A DNA stretch of 42,092 nt from a virus (lineage: Duplodnaviria > Caudoviricetes), in the IMG/VR virus record IMGVR_UViG_3300020045_008038, positions 1 through 42,092 of that record; one strand, written 5' to 3'. Below are positions 24,632 through 34,922 of the stretch, one piece after another (the first letter of the stretch is position 1; each line of letters begins with the position of its first letter). A program made the translations under genes and the position numbers. The notes below the pieces were generated by a model. The model was not told where the DNA came from. It saw only the letters and a list, made by a program, of their open reading frames with translations, and searched no databases.

Positions 24632-24801
24632 GATTATGTCAATTCTGTAGAAAGCCACTTATTCCTAAAAATAGAAAGGGTGTGGATACCAGGAGATTCC
24701 ACCCTGAGTGTTGGCTGAAAATCCAAAAGGGTCAGTCGTTTCATGTAGAAGGAGATCTAAAAATAGGAGGACCAGAACAGGGAGACCTGTCTGGAATCTA
24801 A
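24628..24801 (+). CDS. Small zinc-finger protein (57 aa)
   Basis: CQFC...HPEC, ATGA-coupled. Confidence 0.55.
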   Translation: MRLCQFCRKPLIPKNRKGVDTRRFHPECWLKIQKGQSFHVEGDLKIGGPEQGDLSGI

Positions 24802-24802
24802 T

Positions 24803-24979
24803 ATGGAAACAATCTACCACACAAAAAGAAACTTTGAACAGGAAATAATGCGGGATAGTCACGGACACTTTACTTTAAATCCCTATTCCAAGAAAAGAAC
24901 GGCGGATCTTATTATCGGGGCATTAACCTGTTCTCTGGCGATATCTTTATTCCTTTTGATTATGGTCGGATTACGATAG
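24803..24979 (+). CDS. Small membrane protein (58 aa)
   Basis: C-terminal LIIGALTCSLAISLFLLIMV. Confidence 0.5.
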   Translation: METIYHTKRNFEQEIMRDSHGHFTLNPYSKKRTADLIIGALTCSLAISLFLLIMVGLR

Positions 24980-25247
24980 ACGGGGAATCTTTGTGGATCA
25001 TTGCTTTCTCACCCCAGTCTCCCGTGGTGTAGAGTAAATCATCATTTGTCCCCTCAACCGTTAACGTCTCTAAATCATTGGGATGATTGGGGCTATATCG
25101 ATACACGACAACCTCATAAGGAGTGACTTCTTTATCCTGTAAATGCCAACACCCATTGTGTACATGATTCGGCATCTCTACCCCATTACGGATATCTTTA
25201 GCAAATCCGCATTCAGGAGGACAGAATTTAGATGGGAGTTCCGACAT
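24960..25247 (-). CDS. Hypothetical protein
   Basis: 95 aa, last gene of late arm. Confidence 0.5.
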   Translation of the reverse strand: MSELPSKFCPPECGFAKDIRNGVEMPNHVHNGCWHLQDKEVTPYEVVVYRYSPNHPNDLETLTVEGTNDDLLYTTGDWGEKAMIHKDSPSIVIRP

Positions 25248-25248
25248 A

Positions 25249-25476
25249 TTATTTCCCCGCTGCGTATAACTCTATAGCTACACGAATACGCTGAAGGATG
25301 AATATTGTGACCGCTGCATACGCCCAATCCTTAGGGATCTGAGTCAATAGAACTGGAATGATGACGAGAAGGTATGGAGCCAGCACTTTCAGTGCATCTT
25401 TCAAAAACTTTTCCGTATCTGCTCTATTCCACTGTCCACTTTTTGATGGTTTCATAATTACCCTTTCATAAGCCAA
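25249..25476 (-). CDS. Putative holin
   Basis: Small, two hydrophobic segments, adjacent to endolysin. Confidence 0.6.
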   Translation of the reverse strand: MAYERVIMKPSKSGQWNRADTEKFLKDALKVLAPYLLVIIPVLLTQIPKDWAYAAVTIFILQRIRVAIELYAAGK

Positions 25477-26282
25477 TCATAGAGAGTTTTTTTGAATCCT
25501 CGGAATGCTGGCACTTTTATACTATCTTTAAGGTCTTGTACTGCCTTCTGTAGGCTTGTATTATTAGAGGTTAGGGTTTGTACCTTTTTCTGCATATCAA
25601 GGTTTGTAGATACCGCTTGTTCAAGCTGGGACTGTGCCGATTCAAGTGCTGACTGCTGATCAGCTACCTTTTTCTCCATAACTTGAATCTGCATCGTTAG
25701 TTCACTGATTTTTTCTTCTTTCTTTCCAAAATCCCTTTCAAGTCCAACAAGCATGTCAATTCTCCTCATAACAACATCTTGTGCGTACTCACCAGATACG
25801 ATAAGTGCATTTTTTATTTGTTGAAGCCAATCCCAATGACTATTCCGAGCATTAACACATAAATTTAGTTCAGTTTGTAAATCGTTTTGTACCTCACCAG
25901 TAAAATGAAGCCATCCTAAAACATTTTTATAATCATGAATTTGTCCATGACATCCGCTTCCCGTCGGCCAATTTTGATCAAAAGATGTAAACGAATTAGC
26001 GTTTCCCTCAAGATATATTGCTATATGACCATAGGATGTTCCACCCCATATCATAATATCTCCCTCTTGAGGCTCGTTTGTCGGAGTATTTTTTATCCAG
26101 GTAAACTTTGTTTTGTCTACTTTAGATGGGAAATCAATTGCATTTGTCCACTCAATAATGGGCTGTTTAAGTACTGAACGAAGATAAGAATTTGCTAAAT
26201 CTACACACTGATCTCTCGCCGTAACTCCTGCTACCTCTACATAGTTTCCATCAAGGATCTCAATAAATTCCTGTAGACTCAT
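25458..26282 (-). CDS. CHAP-domain endolysin with coiled-coil C-terminus
   Basis: QCVDL (Cys), GHIAI (His), FDQNW, VLGWLH. Confidence 0.88.
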   Translation of the reverse strand: MSLQEFIEILDGNYVEVAGVTARDQCVDLANSYLRSVLKQPIIEWTNAIDFPSKVDKTKFTWIKNTPTNEPQEGDIMIWGGTSYGHIAIYLEGNANSFTSFDQNWPTGSGCHGQIHDYKNVLGWLHFTGEVQNDLQTELNLCVNARNSHWDWLQQIKNALIVSGEYAQDVVMRRIDMLVGLERDFGKKEEKISELTMQIQVMEKKVADQQSALESAQSQLEQAVSTNLDMQKKVQTLTSNNTSLQKAVQDLKDSIKVPAFRGFKKTLYDWLMKG

Positions 26283-26291
26283 ATTGTTGTA

Positions 26292-26648
26292 TTATACCCC
26301 ATCAGGGCAATCGACGATATTTTTCCCAGCATTTTTTAGGTCTACTGATTGCCGGATGAAGTAGTACCCACCATAAATCATGGGTGTTATAGATAGAATT
26401 GAAGAAAGATTGGAATACCAAACCGCAGCGTTGATATCTACCATTGCAAGAATTGGAGTTATCGTAGCAAATACTGAATACACACAAATAGATCCAAGCA
26501 TGAGAATGATGGAAAAAATTGGCTTCGATGGTTTGTATTTATAATAACTGTAGAGATAAAGAAGGGCAGCCGATCCATAGATGACTGCTGATGCTATATA
26601 GAGAAACGCCTTTATGATAAATGTAAAATGCAAAAGGCCAGTGATCAT
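26292..26648 (-). CDS. Multi-pass membrane protein
   Basis: Three hydrophobic helices; in lysis region. Confidence 0.6.
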   Translation of the reverse strand: MITGLLHFTFIIKAFLYIASAVIYGSAALLYLYSYYKYKPSKPIFSIILMLGSICVYSVFATITPILAMVDINAAVWYSNLSSILSITPMIYGGYYFIRQSVDLKNAGKNIVDCPDGV

Positions 26649-27019
26649 AATGGCAATCTTTCTAAAAACTTTGCTACTACTGGAGAATATTTTTCTCCTA
26701 GTGCTATTAAGCCAATGAGAATAATAAGTCCTACTGTTATTTTTAGGGTAATAGTGAACACCTTCATAAGATCATCCCATTTTTGTGTTTCTTTTACCCT
26801 ATTAAGCTGCATTTCGTTGATAAGTTTATTGGTAGTTTTTGTATGGAGAATATTTGCATCATTTAACGCACTGATCATTGTCTGAGTGTCTATTGTAATC
26901 TTGTTGCTAGTCTCAAGGGCTTTGGTCGTCTCTAGCTGTCGAGTAGACAGCATTTCTACTGCTTCAGCTATTCTGACTACTACGTTTTCATCTGGAATAG
27001 GAACGGATGCGTGTTTCAT
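26645..27019 (-). CDS. Coiled-coil protein with C-terminal TM helix (holin/antiholin-like)
   Basis: ITVGLIILIGLIALG; position before endolysin. Confidence 0.55.
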   Translation of the reverse strand: MKHASVPIPDENVVVRIAEAVEMLSTRQLETTKALETSNKITIDTQTMISALNDANILHTKTTNKLINEMQLNRVKETQKWDDLMKVFTITLKITVGLIILIGLIALGEKYSPVVAKFLERLPL

Positions 27020-27022
27020 AAA

Positions 27023-28471
27023 TTAGTATGATCTATTAAGCGCTACGGTTCCGGCCGTTCCATTAAATGAGGTGCTACCAGTTGCCATGTTATACATAAG
27101 ATTTCCATAATATGCATTAAATCCGCTTCCGGTTCCTTCAAATATTGCGTAGGTAGTAGTCTTTGCAGTTCCCTGGTTATCCATTATGATATTTCCCTCT
27201 ATGTTATTGTACGAAGCATTAACAGTTCCAAACGCTGCAAGACTGATTCCATATCCAGCTCCAGCACTATTTACTTTTGCATTTATAACTGTGTTTCCTT
27301 TTATGGAGCAAAACTGAGCGCCAGCTAATCCTATCGCTCCTGCACCAGAATTTACCACCATGTTATTTAATATATTCGTATATGAAGATTGTATGTCTAT
27401 AGATGTATCAAGGCAGTTGCTAATATGATTATTCGATATAATATTTTTTTGTCCCGTTATATCCGCATAAACTGCATCTCCCGAAAGACTTCCAGATGCA
27501 TTGATCATTGTGTTTCCATCTACTATACAGGCTGATCCAGATCCTAAATCAATCAGTCTATTCGTGATTGCCGGAGTTCCTTCATATCTCATGTGATTGT
27601 TAGAAACAATGAGTTTATTTGCTCCAGATGCTACGGTCACACAACCAGCGACATCTTTGAATGTATTTGAGTTAACCAGAATATTTGTACCCGAAGAAAT
27701 GTACATGGCATCAAAACCACTATTAAACGTACAATTCACTACTTTCATCTGATCAATTTTATCGACAATAATTGCTACTCCACCTGCCCCCGTAGGTGTT
27801 CCATATGGATCTCCGAAACCAGTGAAATATATCCTATCTAATGTGATATTTTGTGAGCTTATTAAATAAAGAGGATATGAATAAACAGTCGAAGTTCCAT
27901 TACTATTTGCATCAAACGATATATCTTGGATAGTTATATTGCTCTTTGTTCCTGATTTGAAACAATAAAAATTTCCGGCCGTTCCAGCCTTTATTATGCT
28001 TGCTTTTCCAGCCCCACAAATATCTAAATTATCATAAATATCTACCGTTGTTCCAAATGAGTATGTTCCTGATTTTACATATAAGGCACCACCGCCAAGG
28101 GAATTTATATCATCGAATGCTGTCTGAAACTGGACGTTATCATCAGTTCCGTCACACGTATAATCAGCGTCTGTTCCGGTAGTGCCTATTGTTTTACATA
28201 TTTGCTTAATACCTATCGGGCTGTTTATCGTTGGTGAGTTTAGTGTTAGATTGCTTACTGATGTCCCCCATACTGCCGTACCATTTCCAGATCCGACAAG
28301 TATCTTGTTTAATACTGGCGTTCCTACTCCGACTCCTAGTTTCTGTTCTAATGCCAAAATTGCATCATTAGCGTTTGTGTGCTGAACGTTATGAAGCGCA
28401 GTAGGATCTGCCAAAAGGGTAGTCCCTGCTGGGTTTGTGAATGTGTCTAAAGATGCTGGGAAATTTGACAT
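27023..28471 (-). CDS. Tailspike with right-handed parallel beta-helix
   Basis: N-terminal FPASLD..HNVQH..NDAILALEQKLG anchor; DGTDDNVQFQTA, GGGALYVKSGTY, Asn-ladder repeats. Confidence 0.85.
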   Translation of the reverse strand: MSNFPASLDTFTNPAGTTLLADPTALHNVQHTNANDAILALEQKLGVGVGTPVLNKILVGSGNGTAVWGTSVSNLTLNSPTINSPIGIKQICKTIGTTGTDADYTCDGTDDNVQFQTAFDDINSLGGGALYVKSGTYSFGTTVDIYDNLDICGAGKASIIKAGTAGNFYCFKSGTKSNITIQDISFDANSNGTSTVYSYPLYLISSQNITLDRIYFTGFGDPYGTPTGAGGVAIIVDKIDQMKVVNCTFNSGFDAMYISSGTNILVNSNTFKDVAGCVTVASGANKLIVSNNHMRYEGTPAITNRLIDLGSGSACIVDGNTMINASGSLSGDAVYADITGQKNIISNNHISNCLDTSIDIQSSYTNILNNMVVNSGAGAIGLAGAQFCSIKGNTVINAKVNSAGAGYGISLAAFGTVNASYNNIEGNIIMDNQGTAKTTTYAIFEGTGSGFNAYYGNLMYNMATGSTSFNGTAGTVALNRSY

Positions 28472-28490
28472 ATGGGTTTATAATGTATGT

Positions 28491-28574
28491 ATGTTATTTA
28501 TCATTAGTTTCTTTCTCGTCGTATTTTATATCGTAGCCATAATCAACGGTGGTTATGACGATACCGATATATAA
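28491..28574 (+). CDS. Counter-oriented 27-aa membrane peptide
   Basis: MLFIISFFLVVFYIVAIINGGYDDTDI; TATAAT at 28479-28484; stop abuts the convergent gene. Confidence 0.5.
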   Translation: MLFIISFFLVVFYIVAIINGGYDDTDI

Positions 28575-29564
28575 TTATGGCAACATTCCTTTTGCTAAAC
28601 CAAGTTTAGCCATCAGCGTCGCCGCTTGTTGTGTCACTTTTGGTGCTTTATATAAAAAAGAAAATAGTGCATCCGCAGCTTTAGCCTTTGGAGCAGCTAT
28701 TTTTAGGTAATTATTTAATTCTTCCGCAACCTTTCTTTCCATCCATGCTTCTCCGCCCCTAATTGGTGCTCCAGATCTTGCAGAAATTCCAACTGACTGC
28801 GCTCCTGATTTAGAAAAAAATGTGTCAGCAATAGACCTTCCATTTGAAAAGTCATTTTTATATCCTTCTGCAATTTTTATAGCATCATCTCTAAATGCTT
28901 GTGGTGCTTTTTTTGCTATCTCTACAAATTTATTTCCTAATTCAGCACCTTTTTCCAATGGCATAGGAGAAGCGGCAGCCATTTCTTTATCTTTTATAAA
29001 TGATGCAACCTTCCACGGACTTATGCTTTTTGCCCCAATAGCCCCTTTGACCAGCTCTTTTCCAGCTCCAAGTGCTTTTCCCGCTGCACCTAGCGCTGTA
29101 GTTGTAGCTACGTCAGTTAGTCCTGCTTTTAGACCTGTTCCTGCTATTTCATTTCTGACATCTGGATTCTGTTCTAAACTAGGGAGAAGTATTTTTAATG
29201 CTTCCATTGGTCCACCAACTTTAGCAGATTGTTTGATTCGCTCTCCATATGATCCACCAAATCCACTACTAAGACCCATTACAGGAACTGCTGCACGTGC
29301 TATAGAAGCACCGAGTATTGGTGCTAGAGGTGAGTTACCAAGAAATTCCTGCGCTTTTCCCGCTGCTTGAGTTACTGGATCTATCTTCTGTACTTCTGGA
29401 ACGGGAAGAATTTTGGATGCAGCTTGTGCGCTTGTCATTTGTGGCTGATTTCTTACCCCCGATTCCTGAAATAACTGCTCTGCTTCTTGTTCAGAGGGTG
29501 GAGCATCGCCAGATATGACCAGTGTTTTACCTGATTGACTGTCGGTAATTTTATACTTTGCCAT
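28575..29564 (-). CDS. Putative DNA ejection/internal virion protein
   Basis: Ala/Gly/Lys-rich helical; N-terminal KYKITD..GKTL..GDAPPSEQE motif. Confidence 0.6.
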   Translation of the reverse strand: MAKYKITDSQSGKTLVISGDAPPSEQEAEQLFQESGVRNQPQMTSAQAASKILPVPEVQKIDPVTQAAGKAQEFLGNSPLAPILGASIARAAVPVMGLSSGFGGSYGERIKQSAKVGGPMEALKILLPSLEQNPDVRNEIAGTGLKAGLTDVATTTALGAAGKALGAGKELVKGAIGAKSISPWKVASFIKDKEMAAASPMPLEKGAELGNKFVEIAKKAPQAFRDDAIKIAEGYKNDFSNGRSIADTFFSKSGAQSVGISARSGAPIRGGEAWMERKVAEELNNYLKIAAPKAKAADALFSFLYKAPKVTQQAATLMAKLGLAKGMLP

Positions 29565-29565
29565 A

Positions 29566-30450
29566 TTATTCTATTGCCTCAATAGTAAATCTACTTTTTG
29601 GTTGTTCTGATGGTAATACGCCTGATTTCTGTAAAATTGATGGTGCAGAGGTCTTTGGTTTTTTTACAACTAACTTTCCATTTTCAACCTTTGCATACTT
29701 ATCATATGCCTCATTTGCTGTAAGACCCTCACGTTTTGCTATCTCAAAAAGATCCATATTTGACTGAATATCATTTTTTAGCCGATTTAGATCTTCTCTA
29801 TTTTGTGTTTCCGACTTATTTCCACTTGGTAAGAATGCCTGTAATCGTTGAACCTCAGCATCCGAAACAACTTTTCCGGAGATCATCTGTTGGTATAAGG
29901 ACATTATTTGACCAGCGCTTGCCCTTTTATTTCTCGTTTCTGGGCTTGCCATGCTTTGTAGAACTCCACCTAATACTGGAATATCAAATAAACGTCCAGC
30001 TATTGGACCTGTACCACCTGGGACATCTTTTTCAAATTGTGGAAGGGATCGGTCAATTTTACTTTTTAGATCAGTTGAAGCTGTGAGACCAGTATTTTCT
30101 GCCTCTGTAGCAAGATCTTTTAATGGTAATGCCTGACGGTATCCGCTCACTCCACCCATTTTAGCTATTTCTTCAGCTATAGCCGAACGCTCGTCTTTTG
30201 TTTTTCCTTTATTTACAAATTCAGAACCTCCCTGTTTCATTGCAAGTGAAATAGCATCTACTCCTTGAGGAGTATTTTTATTTTGAATTCCAGATTTTAA
30301 TTTTGTTTGTTCTTCTATAATTTTATTGTAATCAGAAATCAAAGCAGGATTATATAAGGGTAATTCTTCTGGCTTTACATCACGAACATCAGAACCGCTT
30401 TTTTTAGCAATTCGTACTGATCCATCTGGATTTATTCTAATAATAGGCAT
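29566..30450 (-). CDS. Putative DNA ejection/internal virion protein
   Basis: Probable start MPIIRIN; SGKVVSDAEVQRL...LP motif. Confidence 0.6.
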   Translation of the reverse strand: MPIIRINPDGSVRIAKKSGSDVRDVKPEELPLYNPALISDYNKIIEEQTKLKSGIQNKNTPQGVDAISLAMKQGGSEFVNKGKTKDERSAIAEEIAKMGGVSGYRQALPLKDLATEAENTGLTASTDLKSKIDRSLPQFEKDVPGGTGPIAGRLFDIPVLGGVLQSMASPETRNKRASAGQIMSLYQQMISGKVVSDAEVQRLQAFLPSGNKSETQNREDLNRLKNDIQSNMDLFEIAKREGLTANEAYDKYAKVENGKLVVKKPKTSAPSILQKSGVLPSEQPKSRFTIEAIE

Positions 30451-30451
30451 A

Positions 30452-31225
30452 TTAGTATGTGTCTCCCGACCCTCCTCCCGACGCAAAGTTTTTAGGATTT
30501 TCAATTTTTTGACCAGTTACTGTGTCGTAAAGTATTGAACCATCTTCGATAGCGATAAATCTATTTTTACCAGTTCCACCAGATTCTGCGTTAAGTCGTG
30601 CAAGAGCATTTTCCACATCTCGTTGTTTCTGCGTGGCCTCAAGGCTTTGTTGGAACTCATTTGCACGTTGCACAGCAGTCTGTATTCCAGATGCTGTACT
30701 TACTGAAGATTCTGGATTTCCTGCCTGTAGCTTAGCAATAGCTGCATCAATAGCCGCCATATCAGCATTTTGCTGATTAGTCGTATCTTTTTGCATGCTG
30801 GTATATTGCTGGGTAATAGGATTGACAGCATTGGTTATTTCTTGCTGTGCTAATCCTGAAGATCCTGTAATTCCACGCTTTCCAAGCTCTGTATTAGTTG
30901 TGAGTGTTTGACGATTCTCAGCTACCTGTTGATTTCCCTTGATAGAAGCAAGTAAATCACTATACCGCTGTGCCAGAGGTGCTTTTGTGGCCTGTGTAGC
31001 GGCAATTACAGGCTGGTTCTGCTCTTTGTAGAACTGATTCACCTGTTTAGCCTGATCAAGAAGTCCGGTAGCATTGAGTCCACTTGTAGATCCCACACCT
31101 CCACCAGATGAAGATGATCCACCACCATAGGTCTTTGCGAAGTAGTTATCGTCCCAGTTTCCCGTCTGTGGATTTATTGCCAATGCTTTTCCTGTTGTCG
31201 GATTGATATCTGAGGGTGCTGCCAT
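30452..31225 (-). CDS. Putative DNA ejection/internal virion protein
   Basis: Gln/Ala-rich helical, LGKRGITGSSG motif; probable start MAAPSD. Confidence 0.6.
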   Translation of the reverse strand: MAAPSDINPTTGKALAINPQTGNWDDNYFAKTYGGGSSSSGGGVGSTSGLNATGLLDQAKQVNQFYKEQNQPVIAATQATKAPLAQRYSDLLASIKGNQQVAENRQTLTTNTELGKRGITGSSGLAQQEITNAVNPITQQYTSMQKDTTNQQNADMAAIDAAIAKLQAGNPESSVSTASGIQTAVQRANEFQQSLEATQKQRDVENALARLNAESGGTGKNRFIAIEDGSILYDTVTGQKIENPKNFASGGGSGDTY

Positions 31226-31292
31226 AGGATGTATCGATGTCTTCTGGTACATCCTGCTAGTCTCGTATATCTAGTTGTTTTTATTATACCAC
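31226..31292 (-). promoter_or_regulatory. Late promoter with two-hairpin leader
   Basis: TGgTATAAT (31288-31283), CTAG/CTAG hairpin, GATGT-ACCAGAAG-ACATC. Confidence 0.7.
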
Positions 31293-31505
31293 TTTCTTAC
31301 CACGACGAAATGGATTACTATTTTCATTCATAAATATATCTTTAATTGGGTAAAAAACATTAGGATTTTCTTCATCCTGTATAAAATTTTCATCTTTTTT
31401 CATAGAGCTGATATTTTTTGTATTTACCACTTTTTTTATCAGTCGTGCCGAGTGCTTTCTATTATTAAATTCACTCATTTTTTTTATTAAATTCCGTAGT
31501 TCCAT
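31284..31505 (-). CDS. Hypothetical protein
   Basis: 73 aa AT-rich ORF. Confidence 0.45.
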   Translation of the reverse strand: MELRNLIKKMSEFNNRKHSARLIKKVVNTKNISSMKKDENFIQDEENPNVFYPIKDIFMNENSNPFRRGKKVV

Positions 31506-31506
31506 A

Positions 31507-32268
31507 TTATGCTCCGAGAACTATATAACCTAAGTGATATGTTGTTAGGTACATTGTGGTTCCTGCAATTCCACCATTGCTATATTGTAATTTGAAATTA
31601 TGATCTCCGGCATCTAGTGTTAATATAGCACTTTGTGAAGCAGCTTGATCATAGGTATAGTATAAAACATCATTTATTTCAGGAGGTACATAGTCTACTT
31701 CAGTAAATGGTATTCCGACGATACTCATGTTAAGTATTCCATCTGAGTAGAAAGAATCATAAAATTGTATTGGACTTTCAAATACAAAATCATTTTGTCC
31801 CCAAACAGAGAAAAAAATAAATACATTTGTAGCTCTGTCCAGGTGTAGCGTGGATAAATCAGAATTAGGTACATCTACATAAGTTTCGCTAGTTGTTGAT
31901 ACCCCTGATTCATCAAAATAATAATCATTTGGAAATGTAGTAATACTATTTAGACCGATGCTATCTACTACATTTAATCCAGATATATTATTTATAACCA
32001 TTGAATTGCTATCTATTTTGACAATGGTTCCACCTGTTGAATTTTTAATAAAAAGAACACCATTTCCGTCATTAGGACCACCCAATGTTAAAGTTCCACC
32101 CTGCCCCTGATTGAAGCTAAAATTCTTTATTTTTGCTGCCGGTATTACTCCACGCTCATTTTGAGCATCAAAACCAAATCCCGTCGTTATATCTTGATGA
32201 TCGATAACAGGACTTTGGTTTCTTGGTATGCTGTAGTTTGGATCAATAGATCCTTCTGTGTTTACCAT
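31507..32268 (-). CDS. Putative tail tip/needle protein
   Basis: Follows nozzle gene; beta-rich C-terminal domain. Confidence 0.5.
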   Translation of the reverse strand: MVNTEGSIDPNYSIPRNQSPVIDHQDITTGFGFDAQNERGVIPAAKIKNFSFNQGQGGTLTLGGPNDGNGVLFIKNSTGGTIVKIDSNSMVINNISGLNVVDSIGLNSITTFPNDYYFDESGVSTTSETYVDVPNSDLSTLHLDRATNVFIFFSVWGQNDFVFESPIQFYDSFYSDGILNMSIVGIPFTEVDYVPPEINDVLYYTYDQAASQSAILTLDAGDHNFKLQYSNGGIAGTTMYLTTYHLGYIVLGA

Positions 32269-33695
32269 GTTGGATTGGGTATAAAACTCACTTCCTGCCC
32301 ATAAAAAGTAGTTTGTGAGTTCTTAGATGATTCGTAAATTCTTACAAATAAAAATCTTCCTGTATTGTTTTTTGGATCGTCAAAGTGATACTCAATAAAT
32401 CCACTAGAAGCATCACCTAGTTCTGACCAGATAAGGCTCTGATAGTCAAAGACGTTTGATACTGCTATCTGTACTCTAGCCTCGCATCCTGGATTGAAAA
32501 ACCCTCTCCACCATCGCCAATTTTTGTTCACATGTGGCATCTTTCCATTGATAAAGAACACCATTTCCATGGGTATTGCTTGATTATTATCTGTAGTGAC
32601 GTTTGCTAGTTGGTAACACTGTCCATTCGCATCGCCGAAGATAAGCTGTTGTTTCCCATTGACGTCTTTATATGAACAGTATGCCGTAGGATTATTGTAA
32701 AAGCTCCAGTTCAGATACTCGCTTTTGTAGTAGTCGTATTTTAGGATGCTGTTTGGAATGACTCTTTGGGTGAAATCATCCGTAACCGTTCCCATTGAAA
32801 CAAAATGATCATGGACGTGGGAGACTCCAGGAGCGGTTGGAAGTAGCGTTCCTGCTATTCCTGTATCGTTTTGGTTATAAAATTGCCTTTGAACGACATT
32901 AGATAGTATCTGTGGCATTGCCCCACCAAATCCATAATGACCATATTGATTGATAAAGAATCTATATCCTTCTATGTTGCCGAATGAATATGGAGAAGAA
33001 GGACCATATTCAGTACACATATCTATAAGGGAATATCCATCCCACTTCTGCATGGCGCCACCACTTTTACACGCTACTAATTTATCCGCAACCTTAACTA
33101 GTCCATTACCTTTCCCTGCCCCTGGTATTTCCAGAGAGTTAGAATCTGAGGTTCCAGATGTGTTCCAGTTTCGTGCATCGTTTGTGGTTGAGTAAAATAG
33201 CGATGATGCGGTCCCAAAGGCATATATTCTATTTTGGTATTGTTCCCAGTGTTCTGCTTTTGGCGCTAAGGTACCATCAACAAAGTTAATTCCATCGGTT
33301 GTATATCTGCTATTTGTCACCCCATCTCCACCGATTAGTACATTATCAAGTACAGCGTGACCAAAATGACCCCCAGATGTCACCGTTCCATTTCCCGCTA
33401 CAGTCCATGCACCAGTTCCCTGGAGGGAATAATAGATTTTATTACCCGATACACGGTATAGATTGAATTTAGTACTATCGTTTCCTATGTTTCTGAACTC
33501 AAATAACGATTGGACCTGTGAAGCATCGGGAGTACCAAGAAACGTGTTGTATCCTGGTCGTTTTGTTTTAGCCCCATAAGGGAACGTATCAACGTTAACA
33601 GCGTGAATCAGTACCCCATCACCCAACAAAGGTGAAACATATGTGTTTAAGCCCCCCGTTTGGAAGTATGATTGCTCTACGTTTTGTGCTGCCAT
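32262..33695 (-). CDS. Tail nozzle / stabilisation protein (P22 gp10-, T7 gp12-like)
   Basis: GGLNT, TKRPGY N-terminal motifs, beta-propeller-like repeats. Confidence 0.7.
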   Translation of the reverse strand: MAAQNVEQSYFQTGGLNTYVSPLLGDGVLIHAVNVDTFPYGAKTKRPGYNTFLGTPDASQVQSLFEFRNIGNDSTKFNLYRVSGNKIYYSLQGTGAWTVAGNGTVTSGGHFGHAVLDNVLIGGDGVTNSRYTTDGINFVDGTLAPKAEHWEQYQNRIYAFGTASSLFYSTTNDARNWNTSGTSDSNSLEIPGAGKGNGLVKVADKLVACKSGGAMQKWDGYSLIDMCTEYGPSSPYSFGNIEGYRFFINQYGHYGFGGAMPQILSNVVQRQFYNQNDTGIAGTLLPTAPGVSHVHDHFVSMGTVTDDFTQRVIPNSILKYDYYKSEYLNWSFYNNPTAYCSYKDVNGKQQLIFGDANGQCYQLANVTTDNNQAIPMEMVFFINGKMPHVNKNWRWWRGFFNPGCEARVQIAVSNVFDYQSLIWSELGDASSGFIEYHFDDPKNNTGRFLFVRIYESSKNSQTTFYGQEVSFIPNPTW

Positions 33696-33696
33696 A

Positions 33697-34854
33697 TTAC
33701 ATCACCCAGTCGGGGCCTATTAGTAAGTCGTCATTGAGTCCTGATAGACCCTCTACGAAATCGATGGTTTTCACACCTGATTGATCACGGGGGGTTATTT
33801 CATTGACAAATTCGCCCTTTGATTGAAGAAACTTATTGTAGTATTTATCTGCCTGTTCCCCCTTGTTATCAAGGTCATATGCCCGATAGAGAACATAGTT
33901 TACACAGGAAGATGTATATGACCGTAAATGGAGTGGTAGCTCGTCGGTTTCATTAACGAGAATATCCGCACGTTTTGCGAATGCTATTTTTGCCGTTCCC
34001 GGTACGTTTGTTGGAAGTACACCAAATATGGTGTCACCTAACCAGTAATGCCGTGGGTAGAGAGTACTGAAATAATCCCGTGTTGACCACCGATTATAGG
34101 GAATTTCTGAGCTGGGGATGTATTTGATCCCATCAAAGGTAAACTCTACCTTTATCGCTTGTTTGAAGTTTTGATCTGTAATTGTTCCAAGTGAGGCCGT
34201 ACCAAACGCTACACTTGTAGTCCCGACGGAATACGCCTGATTTACCTTGATGGCTGAGTTGGTCATCTGTTCAACCCACTCATTGATCCAGTCATTCACC
34301 ACTGAATCGTCTTTTAAGTACTGTGCGCTATATAATGCACCTTTTGACCGATCACGCATCTTTTGGAGGGAATAATAGGAAGGACCGGAGGGGGTGAACC
34401 AATCTGATTCACTGGATAAATCCCCACTAACCGAATTTACATACTGTGTTTTGTATGAATAGGTGGAAATACCGGTAGTATCATCGTACTCGGTATATAT
34501 TGAATCTGGCATTATACTGACGGTAGAAAGGGCCACTGCGGTTCCTGTAGTGCCCGTTGTTGACCGTTTGAAGATTATTTGGTCGTAGTGTATCTGATAG
34601 ACCGGTGTATCAATATTATGTGCGTAGGTTAGTGATCCGCTGTATAAAGGCAATGCGGTTCCTGATGGGGCGGATATGATAGTGATTTCTGACTGTTCTT
34701 CTCCCGTTCGTCCTACCTGTACTGCGTAGTTATTTGTAAATCCACTTATGTTTCTTACTGGAATAGCCGTACCAGATATAGCAAGGTTGCTTGAAATGTA
34801 GGAATTAAGTGTTTGTGGAAGATCTGACAGCTGATTTTGGACTGATAAAATCAT
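33697..34854 (-). CDS. Head-tail adaptor with N-terminal extra domain
   Basis: C-terminal WINEW...DELP...YVLYRAY helical adaptor pattern; upstream of nozzle. Confidence 0.6.
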   Translation of the reverse strand: MILSVQNQLSDLPQTLNSYISSNLAISGTAIPVRNISGFTNNYAVQVGRTGEEQSEITIISAPSGTALPLYSGSLTYAHNIDTPVYQIHYDQIIFKRSTTGTTGTAVALSTVSIMPDSIYTEYDDTTGISTYSYKTQYVNSVSGDLSSESDWFTPSGPSYYSLQKMRDRSKGALYSAQYLKDDSVVNDWINEWVEQMTNSAIKVNQAYSVGTTSVAFGTASLGTITDQNFKQAIKVEFTFDGIKYIPSSEIPYNRWSTRDYFSTLYPRHYWLGDTIFGVLPTNVPGTAKIAFAKRADILVNETDELPLHLRSYTSSCVNYVLYRAYDLDNKGEQADKYYNKFLQSKGEFVNEITPRDQSGVKTIDFVEGLSGLNDDLLIGPDWVM

Positions 34855-34920
34855 ACGACATTATGCTGCCTTCTGATACAGTCCGCCACTTCTTTTATGT
34901 GGATAGTTTTATTATACACC
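34855..34920 (-). promoter_or_regulatory. Late promoter with two-hairpin leader
   Basis: TATAAT 34916-34911, CCAC/GTGG hairpin, CTGT-ATCAGAAG-GCAG. Confidence 0.7.
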
Positions 34921-34922
34921 TT

